Shown piece after piece: positions 1 through 7,263 of a stretch of 34,368 nt of DNA. Origin of the DNA: a virus (taxonomy: Duplodnaviria; Caudoviricetes); the IMG/VR virus record IMGVR_UViG_3300038312_000389, positions 1-34,368 of that record. One strand, 5' to 3'. The notes below the pieces were generated by a model. It had not been told where the DNA came from. It ran no database searches and saw only the letters and a program-made list of their open reading frames with translations. A program made the translations under genes and the position numbers. Position 1 is the first letter of the stretch; every line of letters starts with the position of its first letter.

Positions 1-1365
1 ATGAGCGTCTTTTTACGCAAGACCAGCAGCGGGGTAACCAAAGAGTATCATTATCAGTTCATGCAGTCAGGAAAGCGCCATTTTGGGGTTTGCGAGGGGT
101 GTACGACTGAAAAGGCGGCTAAAGATTATGAGGCGGAGCAAAAGCGCCATGTTAAAAACGCAGCGCGGGAAAAAAGCGTGGTCGCCATTTATGAAAACCG
201 GCGCAAGGAGTTGACCGGCGGACAGGATATCAAGCTGGTGGACGCGATGGAGTTAATGCTACTGAAACCCCACAAGCGCGACCGTTCGCAAAAAGTGATT
301 GATCAAAAACGGTCATTCTGGCGCGATTGGATGGCGTTCACGGCGGCGACCTATCCGGCGCTGGAAAACCTGCATGACGTATCCAGACAAGACGCCGAGG
401 CTTATATCGCCCATATCCAGCGATCCGGGCGTTTTGATAAGACAATCGAAATGACGGTCGGCATCCGGGGCGGGAAAACACGCAAGCGCACGATTGAGCG
501 TCAATACTATCTATCCAATCGGACGATTGTAAAAATCGGGCAGACGCTGAAAGAGGTTTTTGAACGCCTGAAAGCCGACGCCGGGTTGATCAATAATCCT
601 TTTGACGGCGTAGTGATGCCGGCGCAAAAGAGCACCAGCCGCGACGCTTTCAGCGACGACGATTTACGCGCCATCGCCAAACATATGACCATGCCCTATA
701 TCAAGCCGATATTCACTATTGGCCTATGTACCGGGTTGACCCTGGGCGATATCTGCTTGTTGCGGTGGGATGAAATCAATGACGGATGGATTGATAATAA
801 AAGGCGACGGAAAACCGGGGCCATGCTGGATATCCCGATCATGCCGCCGCTGGCCGCGCTTCTGGATGAGTTGAGCCAGGGTGAGCAGGGCGAATTTGTC
901 GCGCCGGAGCTGGCGAAAATGTACCAGCAAAATCCGTCCGGGGTGTATTATCGCGTCCGGAAATTTTTGGAGGGGATTGATATACAGACCACGATCCGCC
1001 CGGATATACCCGATTCCGCCGATCCGGCGAACGATAAAGGGGCTTTGCGGCGGCGGGCGATCGCGAATAAGGCGGCACACGCCATGCGCCATACGTTTGC
1101 TTATCTGGCCGGCGTGTATGAGGTCCCCTTGCCTATCGCCCAAAGTGTATTGGGCCATATGTCGCCTGAAATGACGAAACTGTACCAGCGCCACGCCAAC
1201 CGCGCGGACAAGGAGCGATTTTTCAGGCAGATGCCGGATATCCTTGGGAGCCCGGCGCGTCAAATCGCCGAGGTCGATCCGGAGCGGGCTGAATTGAAGC
1301 GCCTGGCGGACGAATTACCGCTCGAAACCGTCCGAAAGTTGCTCAAGGATTTCTGTTCGCCGTGA
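1..1365 (+). CDS. int: Tyrosine recombinase/integrase (first catalytic Arg appears replaced by Thr)
   Basis: N-terminal arm-binding-like region; TGLTLGDICLLRW (usually TGLR..D/E); RRKTG; HAMRHTF (HxxR); LGHMSPEMTKLY (H...Y). Confidence 0.93.
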   Translation: MSVFLRKTSSGVTKEYHYQFMQSGKRHFGVCEGCTTEKAAKDYEAEQKRHVKNAAREKSVVAIYENRRKELTGGQDIKLVDAMELMLLKPHKRDRSQKVIDQKRSFWRDWMAFTAATYPALENLHDVSRQDAEAYIAHIQRSGRFDKTIEMTVGIRGGKTRKRTIERQYYLSNRTIVKIGQTLKEVFERLKADAGLINNPFDGVVMPAQKSTSRDAFSDDDLRAIAKHMTMPYIKPIFTIGLCTGLTLGDICLLRWDEINDGWIDNKRRRKTGAMLDIPIMPPLAALLDELSQGEQGEFVAPELAKMYQQNPSGVYYRVRKFLEGIDIQTTIRPDIPDSADPANDKGALRRRAIANKAAHAMRHTFAYLAGVYEVPLPIAQSVLGHMSPEMTKLYQRHANRADKERFFRQMPDILGSPARQIAEVDPERAELKRLADELPLETVRKLLKDFCSP

Positions 1366-2494
1366 CACAAAATCTTTGCCGAAGTTTGATAAAAAGTTGC
1401 TCAAGGATTTCTGTTCGCCGTGACACAAAATCCTTGCGAAAGTCTAAGCAAAAGTTGCTCAAGGATTTCTGTAAAATTTGACACAAAATCTTCGGCAAGG
1501 TTTGACGTAAAGTTGACGAAAGATTTCTGTTCGCCGTGACACAAAATCTTCGGCAAGGTTTGACGTAAAGTTGGCGAAAGATTTCTGTAATTTTTCACAC
1601 AAATTCTTTGCCGAAGTTTGGCGTAAAGTTGGCGAAAGATTTCCGTAAAGCTTCACACAAATTCCTTGCGAAAGTCTAAGCAAAAGTTACTCAAGGATTT
1701 CTGTTCGCCGTGACACAAATTCTTTGCCGAAGTTTGGCGTAAAGTTGGCGAAAGATTTCCGTAAAGCTTCACACAAATTCCTTGCGAAAGTCTAAGCAAA
1801 AGTTACGCAAGGATTTCTGTTCGGCGTGACACAAATTCTTTGCCGAAGTCTGACGTAAAGTTGGCGAAAGATTTCTGTTTGCCGTGACACAAAATCTTCG
1901 GCAAGGTTTGACGTAAAGTTGGCGAAAGATTTCTGTTAAATTTGACACAAAATCTTGGGCGAAGTTTGATAAAAAGTTGCTCAAGGATTTCTATAATTTT
2001 TCACACAAATTCCTTGCTGAAGTTTGACGTAAAGTTGGCGAAAGATTTCTGTTAAATTTGACACAAAATCTTTGCCGAAGTTTGGTGAAAAGTTACGCAA
2101 GGATTTCTGTTCGCCGTGACACAAAATCTTTGCCGAAGTTTGGTGAAAAGTTACGCAAGGATTTCTGTTCGGCGTGACACAAATTCTTTGCCGAAGTTTG
2201 ATAAAAAGTTGCTCAAGGATTTCTGTTTGCCGTGACACAAAATCTTCGGCAAGGTTTGGTGGAAAGTTGACGAAAGATTTCTGTAATTTTTCACACAAAT
2301 TCTTTGCCGAAGTTTGGCGTAAAGTTGACGAGAGATTTCTGTTATCCGCGACACAAAATCTTCGGCAAGGTTTGGTGGAAAGTTGACGAAAGATTTCTGT
2401 TCGCCGTGACACAAAATATTGGGCGAAGTTTGACGTAAAGATCGTCACGGATTTCTATTGTCCGTGACGCAAATTCCTTGACGACGTTACTTCG
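1335..2494. repeat. Tandem array of 58-bp imperfect-palindromic units (19 full units plus 1 degenerate)
   Basis: AAAGTT recurs at 1335, 1393, 1451 ... 2379 at an exact 58-bp period with no indels; degenerate unit at 2437. Layout AAAGTT-N7-GATTTC-N11-ACACAAAWTC-N9-GTYT-N5. Confidence 0.97.
2443..2469 (-). terminator. Perfect 9-bp hairpin in the degenerate last array unit; possible terminator or processing site for the leftward operon
   Basis: CGTCACGGA (2443-2451) pairs with TCCGTGACG (2461-2469), just past the stop of 2487-2783. U-tract is weak. Confidence 0.35.
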
Positions 2495-2783
2495 CGGTAG
2501 TGGTTCCGGAGGTGTTCTTTTCTGCCGGTTTTGAGGAGGTCGTGTATTCTATTTTCCCGCTTCCGCTGCACTTTTTGCAAATATAAGCAGTCGATTTCCC
2601 GGCCTGTTTTGTTTTTCCTTTTCCTTGACAGACGGGGCAGTTCATTGTTTCTCTCACCTCACGCCTACCGGTTTTCGGGTCAACGACTACCCGGCTTGTC
2701 GGTTCTGCTTTTTTAGTGGTCAGGGATTGGGCGAACACCGGCGACAGCGCCAGCACGGCAACGATGATTAACAGGTTTTTCAT
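2487..2783 (-). CDS. Exported small protein with DnaJ-type zinc-finger motifs
   Basis: Signal peptide MKNLLIIVAVLALSPVFAQ; CPVCQGKG and CKKCSGSG; AGGAG RBS upstream. Confidence 0.8.
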   Translation of the reverse strand: MKNLLIIVAVLALSPVFAQSLTTKKAEPTSRVVVDPKTGRREVRETMNCPVCQGKGKTKQAGKSTAYICKKCSGSGKIEYTTSSKPAEKNTSGTTTAK

Positions 2784-2802
2784 GTTTCTCCTTTTACGGC
2801 TA

Positions 2803-3285
2803 TTATTCGGAAATCTCTTTTAAAAATGTTTCAATCTCACGGATCGGTATATTCAGCGTTTGGCACTTTTTAATCTTTGATGGTCCTGGATTTGCGCCGC
2901 AAACCAGATATTCCAAAACCCCCGATATGCTACTTTTCATAGAGATATCAAGGCATTCGCAGATATCAGCCAGAACACGTTTTTCGCTTGTGCCAAAGCC
3001 GGTAAAGCAGATGTTTTTCCCTCGAAAATAACATTCCCGCTTTATTTTATCCAACGCGGGGAACTGAATATCCTTTTGCTTCTCTACATTTGCGGGGCTT
3101 TGCCCGTAACCATCTTCACCCTCGCAATCAAAAGACCCAGTGTTAAGAGCATTCAGCATTTTACTGTACATCGCAGCCCGCCGCTTGTAGTCGTCATCTT
3201 CCATCGAACCACAATAACTGATCAAGGAATTCAGGAGATTAACGAGCTTTTCGGTATGCTTACGCAGGAAAAGATCATTATCCAT
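2803..3285 (-). CDS. BRCT-domain protein
   Basis: C-terminal FRGKNICFTGF...SISGVLEYLVCGANPGPSKIKKC..LNIPI matches the LigA-type BRCT pattern. Start overlaps the upstream stop (TAATG). Confidence 0.85.
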   Translation of the reverse strand: MDNDLFLRKHTEKLVNLLNSLISYCGSMEDDDYKRRAAMYSKMLNALNTGSFDCEGEDGYGQSPANVEKQKDIQFPALDKIKRECYFRGKNICFTGFGTSEKRVLADICECLDISMKSSISGVLEYLVCGANPGPSKIKKCQTLNIPIREIETFLKEISE

Positions 3286-3764
3286 TACAAATCAAGCTCC
3301 TCTTCTGTTTTTTCATTGTCAATTTTTGATAAAAGCAGGATTTTAATAATACCATCCCCCTCTATCGTTACAGCCCTGATATCGCGTTTTTCGAATGGAT
3401 TTTCGGATGCTTTAATAAATCGTATTTTGCAGTCCGTGTAATATCCAATCGCATGTTTCAATAAAAAATCCTGCCGATATTGTGACGGCATTTTTAAATC
3501 AGGGGCTTGATAGGCGCCGGCTAATAGTTGTACCGTTCTTGTTCCCCTCAATGCCTCGATGCCGTGTTCTTCTAATTTTGCAGTATCCCGATATATGACC
3601 TCCGTCGAGGCTAATATTTTAGAACCGTCCGGTCTGGTAAATTCAAATATCTGCGGAACATAGACCTCCCCCAATGAAACATATAGCCAAATGAAAAATT
3701 TCCCATTGAATTGCTCATAATCATGTTTCAGTTTTATTTGGAATGGAGTAGCGGCAATTGTCAT
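3285..3764 (-). CDS. Hypothetical protein, first gene of the leftward operon
   Basis: 159-aa ORF with GGGAGG RBS (3771-3776), translationally coupled to the BRCT gene. Confidence 0.75.
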   Translation of the reverse strand: MTIAATPFQIKLKHDYEQFNGKFFIWLYVSLGEVYVPQIFEFTRPDGSKILASTEVIYRDTAKLEEHGIEALRGTRTVQLLAGAYQAPDLKMPSQYRQDFLLKHAIGYYTDCKIRFIKASENPFEKRDIRAVTIEGDGIIKILLLSKIDNEKTEEELDL

Positions 3765-3793
3765 GTAAAACCTCCCTGATTCTAATTACTATC

Positions 3794-3822
3794 AAAATAA
3801 TAGCCGAATCACGGTTTGTCAA
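3794..3822 (-). promoter_or_regulatory. Sigma70-type promoter for the three-gene leftward operon
   Basis: Minus strand TTGACA (3822-3817), 17-bp spacer, TATTTT (3799-3794). Confidence 0.65.
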
Positions 3823-3832
3823 GTGCCTGGCA

Positions 3833-4258
3833 TTAAATTCCGGCATTATCCGCCATCTGGTCAAGGTTTTTAATTTTCATCTTTTCCATGATGCGGTAGA
3901 CCTCTTTCAGTTGTTTTTGTGTCAATTCATTGAGGTCCTCAATTATCATTTGTTTGAGCGGGTCCGAATCCACGACAGGGATAGGAATGTCTTTGATATC
4001 CATATTTGCCCGCGCCTCGATAAACATTCGATGAATATCATTCAGGTCGCTATCACCTACCCCAACCTCACTTAGCATCTCATACACTACCCCGAATTGA
4101 TCATTAGCGAAGATGGAACGCCCTGAAATCACCTGCGATACAAAAGACTGCGAACACTTCAGTGTGTCGGAAATATCCTTTTGTTTTATTTTTGCTTTCA
4201 GCATTAAAATTTTTAACCGCTGACCAAAATTTTCCCGCCATGAATCACCGGATATCAT
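3833..4258 (-). CDS. XRE-family HTH repressor (CI-like, no S24 peptidase domain evident)
   Basis: FGQRLKILMLKAKIKQKDISDTLKCSQSFVSQVISG HTH; divergent from the early operon. Confidence 0.88.
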   Translation of the reverse strand: MISGDSWRENFGQRLKILMLKAKIKQKDISDTLKCSQSFVSQVISGRSIFANDQFGVVYEMLSEVGVGDSDLNDIHRMFIEARANMDIKDIPIPVVDSDPLKQMIIEDLNELTQKQLKEVYRIMEKMKIKNLDQMADNAGI

Positions 4259-4290
4259 AAAATCACCTCGCTTTTATTTTGATTTACTAA

Positions 4291-4319
4291 AATATATAAC
4301 CAAACCAAAAATAAATCAA
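4291..4319 (-). promoter_or_regulatory. Leftward (repressor) promoter
   Basis: Minus strand TTGATT (4319-4314), 17-bp spacer, TATATT (4296-4291). Confidence 0.55.
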
Positions 4320-4334
4320 CTAAATTTTGAATTT

Positions 4335-4392
4335 TATAAGTAATTTACTTGATTTATTTTCAGATAGGATTATAATATAAGTAATTTACTTA
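4335..4392 (+). promoter_or_regulatory. Rightward early promoter flanked by two palindromic operators
   Basis: TATAAGTAATTTACTT at 4335-4350 and 4376-4391 (dyad AAGTAA-T-TTACTT), flanking TTGATT (4349-4354), 16-bp spacer, TATAAT (4371-4376). Confidence 0.7.
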
Positions 4393-4433
4393 ACTTTATC
4401 ACGATTCACTTAATCAAAAAAAGGAGGATGTGA

Positions 4434-4628
4434 ATGATAAAATCATCAAAAAATGCAATCCGCTTGATCCTGCAATCCAGTAATGTAAAAAAAATTATCC
4501 CGGCAGAAGATATCATGGAAGCGATCAAGTGTATTAACGCACTCCCGGAAAGCCGCGCCATTGAACGCTATCGAAAGCATCATGCGTCAACTACCAAGAC
4601 CGTGAAGCCCGAACAAAAAACCGCGTGA
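4434..4628 (+). CDS. Small protein in the Cro position
   Basis: AGGAGG RBS; first gene after the rightward promoter. No clear HTH seen. Confidence 0.65.
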   Translation: MIKSSKNAIRLILQSSNVKKIIPAEDIMEAIKCINALPESRAIERYRKHHASTTKTVKPEQKTA

Positions 4629-4711
4629 ACAATACCGGGGCGGTGTAATGCAAAGCGCTGATCCCGGCGAAACCATAAAAACGTATTGCAAAAAATAAGG
4701 AGCAGAATGTT

Positions 4712-5023
4712 ATGAAAAAGAATCGGGGCGATCTCGAATCTGGATTGGAAAACATGGTGGAACTGTTGGAGGGTGAAGTCAGGGGGCTTCAAGCGTTGAC
4801 GATGGAGGAACGCGGGCAATTGTTCACCGCGATCATGGAGTACAAGCCAACCGTTACCTACGTTAATTTCTCCTCGGCGGCGGTGGCGGTGGCATGGGGC
4901 TTCCTGGAGCCCCGCGTACGGCGGCAGAGCGAGCGCCGCGACCGGCAGAAAGAAGTAGCAAAAAACGCCGCCAGCGCCCGCTGGCATACTTTTAAAAAAC
5001 AAGGAGCAAAAAAATATGACTAA
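4712..5023 (+). CDS. DUF6291-like protein (resembles the N-terminus of phage replication initiators)
   Basis: LTMEERGQLFTAIMEY...KNAASARW parallels MTDKEAGALIKAIIAW...RQAAALKRW in 9673-10428. Confidence 0.6.
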   Translation: MKKNRGDLESGLENMVELLEGEVRGLQALTMEERGQLFTAIMEYKPTVTYVNFSSAAVAVAWGFLEPRVRRQSERRDRQKEVAKNAASARWHTFKKQGAKKYD

Positions 5024-5324
5024 AACAGAAATCCCGGAGCATCTGGTCCGGGCGATCAGTGACATGATCGCGCCTTATGGGTTTGATTTTGCCGCCCTGC
5101 TGGCGAAGCAGGACGCGACCCCGCGCAAGGCCAGTATCAGCATCGCGGAAGCAGTCGAACTGACCGGGATCAAGCCCTGGACGCTGTGGCGGCTGGTCCG
5201 CTCCGGCAAGGTCCAGAGTTACAAGCTGGGGGACAGTCGCAACAGCACGGTCACGGTCGATACTAAATCGCTGGAATCATTTCTGGCATCGCGCAAACGC
5301 GGTCGCCAGCGGAACAGTCGGTAA
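5016..5324 (+). CDS. Excisionase-like HTH DNA-binding protein
   Basis: ISIAEAVELTGIKPWTLWRLVRSGKVQSYKLG...VDTKSLESFL (MerR/HTH_17 pattern). Confidence 0.8.
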   Translation: MTKTEIPEHLVRAISDMIAPYGFDFAALLAKQDATPRKASISIAEAVELTGIKPWTLWRLVRSGKVQSYKLGDSRNSTVTVDTKSLESFLASRKRGRQRNSR

Positions 5325-5334
5325 GGGGCGCGGG

Positions 5335-5553
5335 ATGAAGTTATCGGAATTGATCGAGATATTGGGTCGGCGATTGGAGGATTATGGAGATGGCGAGGTC
5401 AAATTTCAGAACAACGGACGCGATTATTACGACGAAGAAAAAGAAGTCTTCGTATGCATCGGGGCGGCAAAAATTCCGGTCAACGGCGTTTCCGTCACCG
5501 CAGGTCGAGAAAAAGAACGAATCCACCTGATAACCGGTAGTGTGGAGGAATAA
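5335..5553 (+). CDS. Hypothetical phage protein
   Basis: 72 aa; MKLSELIEIL...YGDGEV resembles small phage early proteins; tightly packed. Confidence 0.7.
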   Translation: MKLSELIEILGRRLEDYGDGEVKFQNNGRDYYDEEKEVFVCIGAAKIPVNGVSVTAGREKERIHLITGSVEE

Positions 5554-5554
5554 A

Positions 5555-5908
5555 ATGGAAGCAAGGAGGCGGCAAACCGCACGGCTCCGGGTGAGCCGGG
5601 AACTGGCGGAGCTGGTGCGGCGGACGGCGGCGCATACCGGACTGGAGGAAGCCACAATATTCCGCGCATGTGCACTTTACCTGCGACGCGGAAAGCGTAG
5701 TACAAAAAAGATTGACAAGATGTACTACAGCAATAATCGGGTTGTAAAAAGTATTCGCAATTTTACCTTGCCCGTTGGCGTCACCGCCACGGATTTCCGC
5801 AAAACACTGGCGGGGCGTTGCCTGGACGCGCTGAACAAGCCATCCGGCGCCATGCCGGTGCGCCCGGAACAGCAGGGCGTTGATTATATCGTGATCGAGG
5901 AAAATTAA
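5555..5908 (+). CDS. Hypothetical protein, possible ribbon-helix-helix N-terminus
   Basis: ATG 5555 after GGAGGA; TARLRVSRELAELVRRTAAHTGLEEATIFRAC. Confidence 0.6.
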   Translation: MEARRRQTARLRVSRELAELVRRTAAHTGLEEATIFRACALYLRRGKRSTKKIDKMYYSNNRVVKSIRNFTLPVGVTATDFRKTLAGRCLDALNKPSGAMPVRPEQQGVDYIVIEEN

Positions 5909-5925
5909 ACAAAAATGGAGGAGCA

Positions 5926-6534
5926 ATGAAATACGGCGAGAGTATGGAGATTATTTTTCTGCGGCGGGGGCTGACGGTGTATATCGCCGGGCCGATGAGC
6001 GGAATCAAGGACCTTAACTATCCGGCGTTTAACGCGGCGGAACAGATGATCCGGGATTTTTATGGATTTGAGGTGTTGAACCCGGCGCGGCAGCCGGAGG
6101 GCTTGGAGTATGAGGAATACATGAAGCGGGGGCTGGAGGATGTCCGCGCCTGTGACGTGCTGGTCCTGCTGGACGGTTGGAACCGTTCGCCGGGGGCGCA
6201 GCGCGAGTACCAGTTGGCGATGCAACTCAAAAAACCCTTTATCCACGTCAAAAATATGACGCGACTGGCGGCGGCGGCGAAAGCCTTTCGCGCCTCGACG
6301 GACGATGTCATGGCGGCGGCGTGGACGATCTTGACCGTCGCGCCGGAAATCGAGGACGTAGACGCAGGAGAGCGTTTGCGGGGGCGCATCAGAGACTTGA
6401 GCGTCTTTGACACGTCTTGCGAGTTGCTGGATGCGTTTCGGGCGATTCACGATCATCAGGAATGGGATCACTTCCAGGTGATAAATAAAGAGCGGTGTAC
6501 GGTCTGCGGAGCCGTCCGGGAGGCGGAAAAATGA
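5926..6534 (+). CDS. DUF4406-like (nucleoside deoxyribosyltransferase-like fold) protein
   Basis: VYIAGPMSG...AFNAAE...VLNPA...CDVLVLLDGWNRSPGAQREYQLA. Confidence 0.85.
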   Translation: MKYGESMEIIFLRRGLTVYIAGPMSGIKDLNYPAFNAAEQMIRDFYGFEVLNPARQPEGLEYEEYMKRGLEDVRACDVLVLLDGWNRSPGAQREYQLAMQLKKPFIHVKNMTRLAAAAKAFRASTDDVMAAAWTILTVAPEIEDVDAGERLRGRIRDLSVFDTSCELLDAFRAIHDHQEWDHFQVINKERCTVCGAVREAEK

Positions 6535-6932
6535 AGAAAGTTGTGTCACTGGTAATCGCTCACTTTTCGCCCGGCGAACCGGCTATGAAACTGATCACGC
6601 GGGAAAAGGTGGAAGCCGAAATCGAAGTCGGCTGCCATGTCGGCGAAGCGGATTGTTTGATTATCCCCATTGGGGAGGTTCATGGCGCCGATTCGTTTTT
6701 TCGGAGCTCGATCAGCACTTTTAACAATAATCGCGTTATGGATCACGGCGCATACGATGGAGGATATGCGGTGTCGATGGTGTCTTATGACCTGTCGATT
6801 GATGACATGATCCAAAAGATCAAAGACAAACTCAAAATAAACATCGACCGGGCAATCAGCCGGAGCGAGGCGGAGTTGGACGAATGGCGGAGAATAAAAA
6901 ATCAATTTGAGGTGGCAAAAAATGGATCGTGA
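6531..6932 (+). CDS. Hypothetical protein
   Basis: ATGA overlap with the previous stop; GGAGG RBS; C-terminal coiled-coil character. Confidence 0.65.
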   Translation: MKKVVSLVIAHFSPGEPAMKLITREKVEAEIEVGCHVGEADCLIIPIGEVHGADSFFRSSISTFNNNRVMDHGAYDGGYAVSMVSYDLSIDDMIQKIKDKLKINIDRAISRSEAELDEWRRIKNQFEVAKNGS

Positions 6933-7017
6933 GGAGGTTTTTTATTGGATCGTGCAGGCGATTTGCGTTGGTTTGCTGGTGGCGCTTTTTGCCGCTGGCG
7001 TGAGCGGAACACTTTAA
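6922..7017 (+). CDS. 31-aa single-pass membrane peptide (not in the ORF track)
   Basis: MDREEVFYWIVQAICVGLLVALFAAGVSGTL*; GAGGTG RBS; fills the gap between neighbouring genes. Confidence 0.55.
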   Translation: MDREEVFYWIVQAICVGLLVALFAAGVSGTL

Positions 7018-7029
7018 AGGGGGGCAAAT

Positions 7030-7263
7030 ATGGCATCATCAGTATCGGGGAAGTGGCACGGATGCAATCCCGCCCATGATATCATCCTGACCGGCAAAGA
7101 CGGACAGCGGTACACGCTGACCGGGCTGCGGGCGCTGTTGCTGTTCGTATCGCGTTTCCGCATGACCGTGGAGACGCGGTACACCCCGCACGGCGTCCAG
7201 CGTTATTACTTTATCCAGGGCCTCGACCGCGTCGAGGTGCCGAAAATTAAAAAATGGAAATGA
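7030..7263 (+). CDS. Hypothetical protein
   Basis: 77 aa with AAGGGGG RBS, in operon. Confidence 0.65.
   Translation: MASSVSGKWHGCNPAHDIILTGKDGQRYTLTGLRALLLFVSRFRMTVETRYTPHGVQRYYFIQGLDRVEVPKIKKWK

Noticed and set aside
1401-2448. Short ORFs across the array on both strands
   Set aside because: The 58-bp period is not a multiple of 3, so peptides cycle through frames; no RBS seen. Treated as repeat artefacts.
1335-2494. CRISPR array
   Set aside because: No unique 25-45-bp spacers; variable blocks are 5-11 bp and reused; no cas genes in the window.
1335-2494. TIGR-type guide array or type III toxin-antitoxin RNA repeats
   Set aside because: No Nop-domain or ToxN-like gene recognised, no box C/D-like motifs noticed, and the array lies downstream of both flanking transcription units rather than between a promoter and a toxin. 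An RNA role in general is not excluded.
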